Origin: Veillonellales bacterium
GTDB lineage: Bacteria; Bacillota; Negativicutes; JAAYSF01
NCBI GenBank assembly: GCA_039680175.1
Contig: JBDKTO010000026.1
Location: forward strand, 2,721-66,720
Direction: 5' to 3'
Length of the DNA: 64,000 nucleotides
Translations under genes and position numbers: made by a program
In this document: positions 38,012-48,057 of the stretch, piece by piece
Layout of the letters: each line of letters begins with the position of its first letter
Position numbering within the stretch: position 1 is the first letter of the stretch
The notes under the pieces: generated by a model
Databases searched by the model: none
What the model was told of the DNA's origin: nothing
Seen by the model: only the letters and a program-made list of their open reading frames with translations

Positions 38012-38767
38012 ATGGAAAACATTTTGCAGATTCAGGACCTTACGGTAAACTTTGACGGATTCAAAGCGGTTGACCATGTGAATACAAAGGTGGAGAAGGG
38101 GGAAATCCATTTTTTCATCGGACCGAACGGCGCGGGGAAAACGACGCTGCTGGATGCCATCTGCGGCCGGGTAAAGCCGAAGGCCGGCAATATTATTTTC
38201 ACCGGCGGTGTGGATGTGACTCAGTATTCCGAAGATGAAATCGTCAATATCGGCATCGGCAGAAAATTCCAGGTTCCCTCTGTATTTACCGGGTTGACAG
38301 TTCATGACAACATGGAACTGGCGGCAGTCAAAAACCGTTCCTTGGTTTCTTCCATTTTTCACAAAGCCAATAAAGAGCAGGAAGAATTGATTGACAATGT
38401 ACTGGATACCATCGGGCTGTATGAGAAGAAAGAGCAAAATTCAGCCGCTTTGGCCCATGGGGAAAAGCAATGGCTGGAAATCGGGATGCTGCTGGCGCAG
38501 AAGCCCCAATTGATGCTGCTGGACGAACCGGTTGCCGGCATGGGAAGACAAGAGACGGAAAAGACCGGCGAACTGCTGAAAAAGATTGCCAGGGACTGTA
38601 CGATGATTGTGGTCGAGCATGACATGGAATTTGTCAGGGATTATGCCAGCAGAGTAACCGTCCTCCATGAGGGTTCCGTACTGGATGAAGGCAGTATGGC
38701 CGAGGTGCAGAACAACCAGAAAGTGATTGATGTTTATCTGGGACGGGGTGGGGAACGGGATGCTTGA
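38012..38767 (+). CDS. urtD: Urea ABC transporter ATP-binding protein
   Basis: Walker A GPNGAGKTT. A LivG-like HGEKQWLEIGMLL signature variant typical of UrtD. Confidence 0.82.
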   Translation: MENILQIQDLTVNFDGFKAVDHVNTKVEKGEIHFFIGPNGAGKTTLLDAICGRVKPKAGNIIFTGGVDVTQYSEDEIVNIGIGRKFQVPSVFTGLTVHDNMELAAVKNRSLVSSIFHKANKEQEELIDNVLDTIGLYEKKEQNSAALAHGEKQWLEIGMLLAQKPQLMLLDEPVAGMGRQETEKTGELLKKIARDCTMIVVEHDMEFVRDYASRVTVLHEGSVLDEGSMAEVQNNQKVIDVYLGRGGERDA

Positions 38768-39452
38768 TGTAAACAATCTTAACGCTTATTACGGCGAAAG
38801 CATTATTTTAAATCAGATCAGCGTAACGGTGCCTGACGGTCAGGTGGTATGTCTGCTGGGCCGCAACGGGGTAGGCAAAACGACATTTCTAAAAAGCGTC
38901 ATGGGGCTGGTGAAAACGCCGGCCGGCAGCATCCGGTTCAACGGCCGGGAGATGATTCATCAGCCTGCGTTTCGGCGAGCCCGGCAAGGGATCGGCTATG
39001 TGCCCCAGGGACGGGATATTTTTCCCCAGCTGACGGTGGAAGAAAATCTTATGCTGGGGCTGGAAGTAGCCGGCGGTCATGGCAGTATCGGCCAGAAGGT
39101 GTATGATTTGTTTCCCGTTCTTAAGACGATGCTGCAGCGGAAAGGCGGTGATTTGAGCGGCGGGCAGCAGCAGCAACTGGCGATTGCCCGGGCACTGGTC
39201 TCCAATCCTAAGCTGTTGATTCTTGACGAACCGACGGAAGGGATCCAGCCTTCGGTCATCCAGGATATCGGCAATGTCATTAAACGGCTGAAACGGGAAG
39301 GCAATATTACCATTTTAATCGTGGAGCAGTATCTGGAATTTGTGATGGATGTCGCCGATTATTATTATGTGATGGATAAGGGACGCATCGTTCTGGCAGG
39401 GGAAACAAAAGAACTGGATCAGGACGAGATTCAAAAGAAAATAGCGATTTGA
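38760..39452 (+). CDS. urtE: Urea ABC transporter ATP-binding protein
   Basis: GRNGVGKTT and [15 protein letters not shown]. An 8-nt overlap with the urtD stop. Confidence 0.82.
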   Translation: MLDVNNLNAYYGESIILNQISVTVPDGQVVCLLGRNGVGKTTFLKSVMGLVKTPAGSIRFNGREMIHQPAFRRARQGIGYVPQGRDIFPQLTVEENLMLGLEVAGGHGSIGQKVYDLFPVLKTMLQRKGGDLSGGQQQQLAIARALVSNPKLLILDEPTEGIQPSVIQDIGNVIKRLKREGNITILIVEQYLEFVMDVADYYYVMDKGRIVLAGETKELDQDEIQKKIAI

Positions 39453-39472
39453 CAGGTAAAGGAGTGTTCAAG

Positions 39473-39775
39473 ATGCATTTAATGCCAAAGGAAAGGGAAA
39501 AACTGATGCTGCATTTTGCCGGAGAATTGGCAAAGAAGCGAAAAAGCAGGGGGCTGAAGCTGAATTATCCGGAAGCGGTGGCGCTTATCAGCGCCGAACT
39601 GATGGAGGGGGCGAGAGACGGTCTGACAGTAGAGGAACTGATGAAGTTCGGCACTGAAATAGTAACTAAAAATGATGTGCTGGAAGGCGTCGATACGATG
39701 ATTGACGAGGTTCAAGTCGAAGCGACCTTCCCTGACGGAACCAAATTAGTTACAGTACATCAACCGATACGATAG
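39473..39775 (+). CDS. ureA: Urease gamma subunit
   Basis: [39 protein letters not shown] is the canonical UreA N-terminus. Confidence 0.93.
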   Translation: MHLMPKEREKLMLHFAGELAKKRKSRGLKLNYPEAVALISAELMEGARDGLTVEELMKFGTEIVTKNDVLEGVDTMIDEVQVEATFPDGTKLVTVHQPIR

Positions 39776-39788
39776 GAGGAGAGCGTTT

Positions 39789-40157
39789 ATGATACCGGGA
39801 GAGATTTTTGTCAAGAGTAAAGAAATTTTGTGCAATGCCGGGGAAAAAACGATAAAAATTGCTGTTAAGAATACGGGCGACAGGCCCATTCAGGTTGGTT
39901 CCCATTTTCATCTGTTTGAAGCGAACCAGTCGTTGGATTTTACCCGGGAGAAAGCGTTCGGCATGCGGCTGAATATCCCCGCCGGGACAGGCGTAAGATT
40001 TCAGCCCGGTGAATGTAAAGAGGTTGAATTAGTTGAGCTGAGCGGCAATAAGGAAGTTTACGGCTTACATGGGATGACGAACGGCAAGACAACCGATGAT
40101 GAGCTGAAGAGCAAAGCACTGAAAAAATTGCAAGAATCAGGCTTTAAGGGGGCGTGA
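39789..40157 (+). CDS. ureB: Urease beta subunit
   Basis: MIPGEI...[19 protein letters not shown]. Confidence 0.93.
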   Translation: MIPGEIFVKSKEILCNAGEKTIKIAVKNTGDRPIQVGSHFHLFEANQSLDFTREKAFGMRLNIPAGTGVRFQPGECKEVELVELSGNKEVYGLHGMTNGKTTDDELKSKALKKLQESGFKGA

Positions 40158-40161
40158 AAAA

Positions 40162-41880
40162 ATGAGTTTAAGAATACCGGGCAGCGAATATGCAAATATG
40201 TTTGGCCCTACGATTGGCGATCGAGTCAGACTTGCCGATACGGATCTTATTGTTGAAGTGGAAAAAGATTACACGGTATACGGTGAAGAGTGCAAGTTCG
40301 GCGGCGGCAAGTCCATTCGGGACGGGATGGCGCAATCGTGCAGCGCTGTCAGTAAGAACGGGGCTTTGGATTTATTAATTACCAATGTTTTGATCATAGA
40401 TTATCAGGGTATTGTTAAGGCGGATATCGGCATTAAAGACGGTAAAATTGTCGGTATCGGCAAAGCCGGCAATCCAGCCATTACGTCCGGTGTCGGTGAG
40501 CATATGGTCATTGGCGCATCGACCGAGGTAATTGCCGGGGAGGGATTGATTGCGACAGCCGGCGGGATTGATACGCATGTTCATTACATTAGTCCGCAGC
40601 AGATAGAAACCGCGCTTTACAGCGGCATGACCACTATGATCGGCGGCGGGACGGGACCGGCGGATGGCTCTAATGCCACGACTTGTACTCCCGGTCCCTG
40701 GAATATAGCCAGGATGCTGGAGGCGGTTGAAGAGTTTCCCATGAATTTTGGTTTTCTTGGCAAAGGGAATTCTTCCTCCCGGGAACCGCTCATTGAGCAG
40801 GTGAAAGCAGGCGTTATGGGCTTAAAACTGCATGAAGACTGGGGTTCCACTCCCCAAGCGATTGACACCTGTCTGAGCGTCGCCGAAGATTACGATATTC
40901 AGGTTGCGATTCATACCGATACAATTAATGAAGCCGGCTATGTGGAAGATACCATTAAAGCAATTAATGGCCGGTCCATCCACACATATCATACGGAAGG
41001 CGCCGGGGGCGGACATGCTCCGGACACGGTAAAACTCGCAGCCTGCCCCAATATTATTCCTTCGTCGACCACGCCGACATTGCCGTATACGGTCAATACC
41101 CTGGTTGAACATTTGGATATGCTGATGGTTTGCCACCATATGGATAAAAATGTGCCGGAAGATATTGATTTTGCCAATTCCCGCATCCGCGCCAATACGA
41201 TTGCCGCGGAAGACGTGCTGCATGACCGGGGAGTGATCAGTATAATAAATTCCGATTCTCAGGCGATGGGGCGGGTAGGAGAAGTCATTATCAGAACCTG
41301 GCAGACTGCCGATAAAATGAAAAAGCAGTTCGGGGCCTTAAGCGGCGACAGCCGGCAAAACGACAACCGCAGGGTTAAGCGGTATATTGCAAAATATACA
41401 ATTAATCCGGCTATAGCTCATGGCGTGTCCAAATACGTAGGTTCTTTGGCAGCCGGCAAGCTGGCGGATATTGTGCTTTGGAAACCGGCCATGTTCGGCG
41501 TAAAACCGGAGATGATCATTAAAGGCGGGTTTATTGCCGCAAGCAGAATGGGTGAGGCGAATGCTTCCATCCCGACGCCGCAGCCGGTTATTTACCGGAA
41601 TATGTTTGGCGCTTTCGGCAAGACTAAATATAAAACGGCGGCAACATTTGTTTCGGGCGAGTCACTCCGGAACGGGGAGATAGATAAACTGCATTTGCAA
41701 AAAATGCTTTATCCGGTTTCCGGCTGCAGAAACATCGGCAAAAAAGATATGATTCTGAATGATGCTGTGCCGCATATCGAGGTGGATCCCCGCACCTATG
41801 AGGTCAAACTGGACGGTGAGCTTATAACCTGTGAACCGGTGAAAAGTTTGCCGCTGACGCAGCGCTATTTCTTATTCTAA
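40162..41880 (+). CDS. ureC: Urease alpha subunit
   Basis: All nickel-site motifs are present: [18 protein letters not shown] (carbamylated Lys), [22 protein letters not shown] and NSDSQAMGR. Confidence 0.95.
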   Translation: MSLRIPGSEYANMFGPTIGDRVRLADTDLIVEVEKDYTVYGEECKFGGGKSIRDGMAQSCSAVSKNGALDLLITNVLIIDYQGIVKADIGIKDGKIVGIGKAGNPAITSGVGEHMVIGASTEVIAGEGLIATAGGIDTHVHYISPQQIETALYSGMTTMIGGGTGPADGSNATTCTPGPWNIARMLEAVEEFPMNFGFLGKGNSSSREPLIEQVKAGVMGLKLHEDWGSTPQAIDTCLSVAEDYDIQVAIHTDTINEAGYVEDTIKAINGRSIHTYHTEGAGGGHAPDTVKLAACPNIIPSSTTPTLPYTVNTLVEHLDMLMVCHHMDKNVPEDIDFANSRIRANTIAAEDVLHDRGVISIINSDSQAMGRVGEVIIRTWQTADKMKKQFGALSGDSRQNDNRRVKRYIAKYTINPAIAHGVSKYVGSLAAGKLADIVLWKPAMFGVKPEMIIKGGFIAASRMGEANASIPTPQPVIYRNMFGAFGKTKYKTAATFVSGESLRNGEIDKLHLQKMLYPVSGCRNIGKKDMILNDAVPHIEVDPRTYEVKLDGELITCEPVKSLPLTQRYFLF

Positions 41881-41881
41881 A

Positions 41882-41944
41882 AATAAACAACAACCATGAA
41901 AAAATGTGAAGCTAGCATGCATTTTTTCATGGTTGTTGTTTATT
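41882..41944. repeat. 25-bp perfect inverted repeat immediately after ureC (terminator-like hairpin)
   Basis: AATAAACAACAACCATGAAAAAATG, a 13-nt loop, then CATTTTTTCATGGTTGTTGTTTATT. There is no separate downstream T-run. Confidence 0.6.
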
Positions 41945-42028
41945 CGGCGGTGAATGCTATAATAAAAATGAATAGAATTCCAGCTGTGCCAAACCGGCCA
42001 AGGTATGGAAGCAAAGGAAGAATGGGAA

Positions 42029-43942
42029 ATGCTGGAGAAAATTTACTTAATAGCGCCTTATGCCGGACTTGCTGATCTCGGCAAAGAAATCAACCAAGCG
42101 ATGAATTGGAATATCAACGTACAACTGGGCAATCTGGAAGACAGCATACCGTTTGCCCAAACGGCACAGCAGCAGGGCGCGCAGGCAATTATCAGCCGGG
42201 GAGGAACCGCATCCATTATTCGCAGCTGCGTGGATATTCCGGTTATTGAAATCGAAGTCACAGGCTATGATATTTTAAAGGCTCTGTATCCCTATCGGAA
42301 CAGCAATGCCGCAGTCGGTGTTATCGGCTACCGCAATGTTGTTGCCGGCTGCAAAGATATAAGCAGTATATTGAACATTCCGATGGAAAATATTCTTATC
42401 CCCAACGAACCGCAGTTAGACTGGAATATAATCCGGCAGCAAGTAAAAGCGATGATCAAGCGTTATAAAATAGATGTCATTGTCGGCGATACGGTCATCA
42501 TCAGCAAATTCAATCATTTAGCGGTAAAGTGCCAATTGATAACTTCCGGCAAAGAAGCGGTATTGCAGGCTGTTGATGTGGCACAAAAGGTAATTCGCGC
42601 CCAAAACAGCGAGAAAGAGAAATTCGAAAAATTCCGGGCAGTATTAAATTTTATTCATGATGGCGTGGTTGTAACCGATGAAAATGGCATTGTTACAGCA
42701 GCCAATCCATGTGCCGAGGCGATATTCGGCCTGTCCGGCGCTGAAATGCAGGGGAAGCAGATTGCCAAGATTATTAAGAATTTTCCCCATGACCATGTCT
42801 TAAAAGCAGGTGCGCCCCAATTGGCTCATATTCAATCCACGGCGAATGAACACGTTGTTGCCAATAGTGTACCTATTCTCATTGACGGTACGGTTCGCGG
42901 AAGCGTGTCTACATTTAAAAAGGTATCCGAGATTCAAAAAATGGAACGGGAGATCAGAAAAAATCTTTATGCCAAAGGATTAGTAACCAAATATACTTTT
43001 CCGGACATTATGACAAAAGATCAACAGATGCTGAGACTGCTGACACTTGCCCAGAATTATGCAAAAACCGACGCCACTGTGCTTATTGCCGGTGAAAGCG
43101 GTACCGGCAAAGAAATGCTGGCTCAAAGCATTCACGCCGCCAGTCCCAGGGCAAAAGGCCCCTTTGTGGCGGTAAATTGTGCGGCGCTGCCGCCTCAATT
43201 GCTGGAAAGCGAATTATTCGGCTATGTGGAAGGGGCGTTTACCGGTGCGGCCAAAGGGGGAAAAACCGGGCTGTTCGAACTTGCCCATAACGGGACAATT
43301 TTTCTGGATGAAATCGGGGAACTTGCCTTGCCGCTTCAGGCCAGACTTCTGCGCACACTCCAGGAAAAACAGGTTATGCGGCTGGGATCGGACAAAATTA
43401 TTCCCATTGATATTCGGGTGATTGTGGCCACAAATATTAATTTGCGCCAGGCGGTCAGAGAAGAAAAATTCCGTAAAGATTTATATTACCGCATTAATGT
43501 ATTGAATTTAAAAACGATTCCGCTGCGCGATAGGAAAAATGATATTGAATTTCTCTGCTACTATTTTTTACAGTACTATAATCATCAATACGGCAAGCAC
43601 GTAAAGAAAATTCAGCCGGAAGTGCTGCGGCTGTTTCATCATTACAGCTGGCCGGGAAATATCCGTGAAATGAAAAATATTATGGAGAGAATCGTCATTT
43701 CCACTAATTGCGAGGAAGTTGCTGTCAACAATATTGACCTGCTGATTGATGAAATGAAACCGGAAGATGAGGCGGACGGAGGGGAAAGTAATGGTCACAA
43801 TCCTGATTCTTTCCTGCAAGGCACTATGGAAGAGATAAAAGTAAAAATTATTAAAGCCGTACTGGAAAAAGAAAAGTATAATAAAACGAATACGGCCAAA
43901 CGGCTGCAGATTAACCGCTCTACCATTAACCGACTCCTATAG
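42029..43942 (+). CDS. Sigma-54-dependent transcriptional activator (PrpR_N-like sensor, PAS, AAA+, Fis-type HTH)
   Basis: GESGTGKEMLAQSIH, GAFTGA and ESELFGY motifs. A PAS region (FIHDGVVVTDENGIV). The C-terminal HTH is NKTNTAKRLQINRSTINRLL. An alternative start lies at 42005. Confidence 0.88.
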   Translation: MLEKIYLIAPYAGLADLGKEINQAMNWNINVQLGNLEDSIPFAQTAQQQGAQAIISRGGTASIIRSCVDIPVIEIEVTGYDILKALYPYRNSNAAVGVIGYRNVVAGCKDISSILNIPMENILIPNEPQLDWNIIRQQVKAMIKRYKIDVIVGDTVIISKFNHLAVKCQLITSGKEAVLQAVDVAQKVIRAQNSEKEKFEKFRAVLNFIHDGVVVTDENGIVTAANPCAEAIFGLSGAEMQGKQIAKIIKNFPHDHVLKAGAPQLAHIQSTANEHVVANSVPILIDGTVRGSVSTFKKVSEIQKMEREIRKNLYAKGLVTKYTFPDIMTKDQQMLRLLTLAQNYAKTDATVLIAGESGTGKEMLAQSIHAASPRAKGPFVAVNCAALPPQLLESELFGYVEGAFTGAAKGGKTGLFELAHNGTIFLDEIGELALPLQARLLRTLQEKQVMRLGSDKIIPIDIRVIVATNINLRQAVREEKFRKDLYYRINVLNLKTIPLRDRKNDIEFLCYYFLQYYNHQYGKHVKKIQPEVLRLFHHYSWPGNIREMKNIMERIVISTNCEEVAVNNIDLLIDEMKPEDEADGGESNGHNPDSFLQGTMEEIKVKIIKAVLEKEKYNKTNTAKRLQINRSTINRLL

Positions 43943-44073
43943 ATGATGCAAAATGCGCCAGAAACGGTTTATTATAAAGCGCTGCTTTTATATAAAGATT
44001 ACAAAAACAGTGCTTTTTTATTACCGATATATTTTTGCAAGTAGTTAATTTTCTAAAATTTATCAGTATTATT

Positions 44074-44118
44074 CAGACTTATTGGCCAATTCAAATAATG
44101 AATTGGCCAATAAGTCTG
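44074..44118. promoter_or_regulatory. Perfect 20-bp inverted repeat, candidate enhancer (UAS) for the sigma-54 activator
   Basis: CAGACTTATTGGCCAATTCA, spacer AATAA, then TGAATTGGCCAATAAGTCTG. Its centre lies about 40-50 bp upstream of the -24/-12 element. Confidence 0.6.
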
Positions 44119-44133
44119 ATGCGGTAAAAATTT

Positions 44134-44150
44134 TGGCATGGAATTTGCAT
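44134..44150 (+). promoter_or_regulatory. Sigma-54 (-24/-12) promoter
   Basis: TGGCATGGAATTTGCAT has GG and GC at the exact consensus spacing (TGGCAC-N5-TTGCW). It lies 37 nt upstream of the uxaA-like start. Confidence 0.8.
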
Positions 44151-44186
44151 TATATAAAAATAAATCTAATACAAGGAGGTTTTTGT

Positions 44187-44480
44187 ATGCGTAAACAAGC
44201 CGTTGTTATTCACCCCAGAGATAATGTCGCCACCGCTACTGCCGACATTAAAAAAGGATCTCAGGTAAGCATGTTTGTCGCCGGCCGGGATGTCAGCGTG
44301 GTGGTTCTTGCCGACATTCCCTTTGGCCATAAATTCGCCATCAGGGATATTCCCTGCCGGCAGCATGTTCTGAAGTATGGTGAATCCATTGGCCTTTCAA
44401 CCGCTGACATTCGCAGTGGCGACTATGTCCATGTGCATAATGTGGAAAGTGAAAGAGGCCGCGGAGATTGGGAAGAATGA
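44187..44480 (+). CDS. UxaA-family dehydratase, small N-terminal (SAF-domain) subunit
   Basis: VVIHPRDNVATATADIKKG...IPFGHKFA...GEYVHVHN-type layout of the altronate/galactarate dehydratase N-terminal domain. AAGGAGG RBS present. Confidence 0.82.
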   Translation: MRKQAVVIHPRDNVATATADIKKGSQVSMFVAGRDVSVVVLADIPFGHKFAIRDIPCRQHVLKYGESIGLSTADIRSGDYVHVHNVESERGRGDWEE

Positions 44481-44511
44481 AATCAAATTCTGAGAAAAGG
44501 TGGTATGTTAT

Positions 44512-45669
44512 ATGAAACTCAAAGGTTATCGCCGTCCGGACGGAAAAGCGGGCATACGAAATTATGTGCTGCTGCTGCCCACCAGTGTTTGTTCGACACA
44601 GGTAGCAATGGAAATTTCCAATAAAGTCAATGGCAGTACGTATGTCAACAATTCCTTCGGCTGCTGCCAGGTAGCAGGTGATGCAAAACTGACATTTAAA
44701 ACAGTAGTCAATGTAGGCCTGAATCCTAATGCCGGTGCCGTTATTGTCGTTGGTCTCGGCTGCGAGGGAGTCGAGCCTCACAAAGTAGCTGCTGAAATTG
44801 AAAAGTCAGGGAAACCTGTCGCCTGTGTCGTCATTCAGGAAGAAGGAGGGACGCTGAAAGCTTTGGCAAAAGGCTGTTCCATTGCGCGCCAATTTTCCCA
44901 AATGCTATCCGTTCAGGCGAAAGAAGAAATCGCTGTAAGCGAATTAATTCTGGGGATTGAGTGCGGCGGCTCGGATACAACCTCCGGGTTAGCTTCTAAC
45001 CCGGCATGCGGCGCTGCCTCCGACATTCTTGTGGCAAAAGGCGGGACATCCATTTTGTCCGAAACTACCGAACTGATTGGGGCTGAGCAGATACTGGCGC
45101 AGCGTGCTGTGAATGAAACTGTCAAAACTGGTTTGCTCCGGCTTGTCAAGGGCTGTGAAGAACGGGCCAAAGCACTGGGCGAAGATATCAGAGGCGGACA
45201 GCCTACACCGGGGAATATCCAGGGAGGCATTACGACCATCGAAGAAAAATCTCTGGGATGTGTACACAAAGCCGGCACCGCGCCCCTGCAGGGAGTGTTG
45301 GAATACGCCGATATGCCCCGGGCGAAGGGGCTGTTCGTTATGGATTCGCCCGGGCAGGATATTGAATCTGTATCCGGTATGGTAGCCGGCGGAGCGCAAA
45401 TTATTATCTTTACTACCGGCCGGGGAACTCCGACCGGCAATCCGTTAGCGCCTGTCATCAAAATTACCGCCAACAGCAAGACCTACAACAATATGCAGGA
45501 TAATATCGATATTGACGCATCCGGCATTATCGACGGAACTAAAAGCATTGAAGCCGTCGGTCAGGAAATATTCGATGAAATGATGGAGGTCGTCAATGGC
45601 AAGACAACAAAGGCGGAAACCCTTGGGCATAAAGAATTTTCTATATACAAAATTGCTCCGACTTTTTGA
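44512..45669 (+). CDS. UxaA-family dehydratase, large C-terminal subunit
   Basis: GYRRPDGKAGIRNYVLLLPTSVCS, LGCEG, GIECGGSDTTSG and IIFTTGRGTP match the GD_AH_C domain. Confidence 0.85.
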   Translation: MKLKGYRRPDGKAGIRNYVLLLPTSVCSTQVAMEISNKVNGSTYVNNSFGCCQVAGDAKLTFKTVVNVGLNPNAGAVIVVGLGCEGVEPHKVAAEIEKSGKPVACVVIQEEGGTLKALAKGCSIARQFSQMLSVQAKEEIAVSELILGIECGGSDTTSGLASNPACGAASDILVAKGGTSILSETTELIGAEQILAQRAVNETVKTGLLRLVKGCEERAKALGEDIRGGQPTPGNIQGGITTIEEKSLGCVHKAGTAPLQGVLEYADMPRAKGLFVMDSPGQDIESVSGMVAGGAQIIIFTTGRGTPTGNPLAPVIKITANSKTYNNMQDNIDIDASGIIDGTKSIEAVGQEIFDEMMEVVNGKTTKAETLGHKEFSIYKIAPTF

Positions 45670-45700
45670 CTGAGAAGTGTAAAAGCCGGAGCAGAAGTTC

Positions 45701-46762
45701 TTAATAGTAAGGCAGCTGTTCGTCAAAACCCTGCTTGTTGTTTTTATACCAGGCGATAATATGATTAATCGTTTCCCTGGCTTTGGTTCGTGCGGCCACA
45801 TCGGAGTTAAAAGCCTGATGCGGCTGCACGTATATATTGGCACTGCGGTCTAATGCTTTTCCCACTATTGTTTTTGAACATGACGGATTTGCGCTGTTAG
45901 CGGCAGTATTCAGTTCGTTTTCAAATTCGGCTTCATTTGAAAATACATCTAATCCCAGCCCGCTGATCCTGCCGGCGGCATACAGCTCCAGCAATACTGA
46001 TTCCGGGGCTATTTCTCCGCGTGTAACATTGATAAATATCAATCCGGGTTTTGCCTGGGACAGATACTCTTGCGAAAAGTAGCCTTGATTATAAAATTTA
46101 CTGTCGCTATTTTTGGTAAGATTCATCGCATTTATGATGATATCGCTTGATTTGACGGCTTCTTCTTTCGAGACAAATTTTACTTTTCCTTTATACAGGC
46201 TGTCTAGTTGTTCCTGACGGATATCAACTCCCTGGGCAGTCAAATCATTTGCCTCAATGAGGTCGTAAATTTTTTTCCCTATTTTGCCAATGCCGAAAAT
46301 CGTAACAATTCTATGCTTGTTCAATTCCATGAATGCCCTGGATTTTTTTCTTTCAAAGGTGGCTGTATTTATTGTATAATGATTCAATTCTCCGGCTGCG
46401 GCGTAAAGAAATTTAATTGCCGTTTGCGCCACGGCGTTTACGCAGTATTCCCGCAGCGATGTTATATTGGCTTTCGCCGCTAAATGTTCATAGTGATCGT
46501 AGCCGGTACTGCGGGTTACGATGCTTTTTTTGTGCCCGGTCAGATAAGATGCCGGAAGAGCAGAATGTGTTTTTGTTGTTATAATGTCCGGGAGAGTGAT
46601 TTCCGGATTCTTTTTTAAAAAATCCTGTACATTATCGGGGGTAATAAGATAGCGGTATATTTCCGGAAGTTGATGTCCCTGCTGAGCTTTTTTTGTTTCT
46701 TCATCAAGGTATTGTGCCTCAGGCCCTAAAGATTCAAAATGAATGATATCATACTTGTCCAT
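45701..46762 (-). CDS. D-isomer-specific 2-hydroxyacid dehydrogenase family protein
   Basis: Rossmann motif IFGIGKIGKK. Catalytic-domain pattern INVTRGEI...GLDVF...QPH. Confidence 0.7.
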   Translation of the reverse strand: MDKYDIIHFESLGPEAQYLDEETKKAQQGHQLPEIYRYLITPDNVQDFLKKNPEITLPDIITTKTHSALPASYLTGHKKSIVTRSTGYDHYEHLAAKANITSLREYCVNAVAQTAIKFLYAAAGELNHYTINTATFERKKSRAFMELNKHRIVTIFGIGKIGKKIYDLIEANDLTAQGVDIRQEQLDSLYKGKVKFVSKEEAVKSSDIIINAMNLTKNSDSKFYNQGYFSQEYLSQAKPGLIFINVTRGEIAPESVLLELYAAGRISGLGLDVFSNEAEFENELNTAANSANPSCSKTIVGKALDRSANIYVQPHQAFNSDVAARTKARETINHIIAWYKNNKQGFDEQLPYY

Positions 46763-46891
46763 TTAGCATTTCCTCCTTTGCCTGTTTACAGTATAATTTT
46801 ACTACTATAATCAGTTTATTTCCAGTATAATTAAAGGCGCACGGGTATATATATCAAAAGACGCCTGACAATTTTTGCCGGGCGTTCTTGA

Positions 46892-47809
46892 CTATAATGC
46901 AGCGAGATCAAAAGGCGTTTCCTGGTAGACATAATAGTTCAGCCAGTTGGAAAAAAGAAGATTCGCCGCGCTTCGCCAGGTAACCATGGGGGGCTGACTG
47001 GGATCGTCATTAGGATAATAATGATAGGGAATTTGAATGGGCACTCCCTGGGAAATGTCCCGGTCGTATTCGGTTTTCAGGGTAAGCGGGTCGTATTCGG
47101 AATGGCCGGTGATGAAAAATTGCCTTCCCATTAAATCGGCTACGGCATAAACGCCGGCCATGTCAGATTCGGCGAGCAGGCGCAGCTGAGAAACTTTTTC
47201 GATGTCTTCCCGTTTGACTTCCGTGTACCGGGAATGGGGAACATAGAAGGTGTCGTCAAAACCGCGAAACAGCCTGGCATGCTCGCTGGGAAGTACTTTA
47301 TGGGGAAAAACGCCAAACATTTTTTGGGGAAGATCATACTTTGGTATGCCGTAGTGGTAATATAATCCGGCCTGGGCTCCCCAGCAGATATGGAGCGTGG
47401 AGTAGACGTGGGTTTTACTCCACTCCATGATTTGGCAAAGCTCATCCCAATAGGCCACTGCTGCAAAAGGCATTTGCTCGACCGGTGCGCCGGTGATGAT
47501 CATGCCGTCATAGCGGCGGGATTTTACCGCGTCGAAGGTCTCGTAGAACTTGATGAGATGCTCGTGGGATGTGTTGGTCGGCGTATAGGTGGCGGTATAG
47601 ATAAAATCGAATTCCACTTGCAGGGGTGAATTACCCAGTAAACGGAGCAGCTGGGTTTCAGTGGTGATTTTCGTCGGCATGAGATTTAACAGCAATAGTT
47701 TCAGAGGGCGTATATCCTGGCTGTACGCTCGGTTTTCGTACATAACGAAAATATTTTCACCTTCCAGAATATCGACGGCAGGCAGATTATTCGGGATTTT
47801 TATTGGCAT
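46892..47809 (-). CDS. metA: Homoserine O-acyltransferase (MetA family)
   Basis: [23 protein letters not shown]...LLNLMP.K..TE.Q..RLL, ICWGAQA and HSR are canonical MetA features. GGAGG lies 8 nt upstream. Confidence 0.9.
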   Translation of the reverse strand: MPIKIPNNLPAVDILEGENIFVMYENRAYSQDIRPLKLLLLNLMPTKITTETQLLRLLGNSPLQVEFDFIYTATYTPTNTSHEHLIKFYETFDAVKSRRYDGMIITGAPVEQMPFAAVAYWDELCQIMEWSKTHVYSTLHICWGAQAGLYYHYGIPKYDLPQKMFGVFPHKVLPSEHARLFRGFDDTFYVPHSRYTEVKREDIEKVSQLRLLAESDMAGVYAVADLMGRQFFITGHSEYDPLTLKTEYDRDISQGVPIQIPYHYYPNDDPSQPPMVTWRSAANLLFSNWLNYYVYQETPFDLAAL

Positions 47810-48057
47810 TTTTTCGTCCTCCATTTACAATAGGCTAAAGTCGTTCTTGCTTATAATCGGAAAGCCGATATACTATGTAAAAAAGGGTTTTATTTCTATG
47901 CTTGCATTCAACATTGCAATAATAGTATCATTTTATATGAAGTCTTCTTTGAATACAATATATTTTTGCGAATTGTGAATATAGCGGAGATAATTCAAGC
48001 TATTGGTATTGATCGGGCTGTTTGATCTAACGGAAGCAAGTTTATGGCGGGAAAGGG

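Noticed and set aside
44913-45479. 188-aa and 136-aa minus-strand ORFs inside the uxaA-like large subunit.
   Set aside because: They lie antisense to a CDS with clear UxaA motifs and have no motifs or translation signals of their own.
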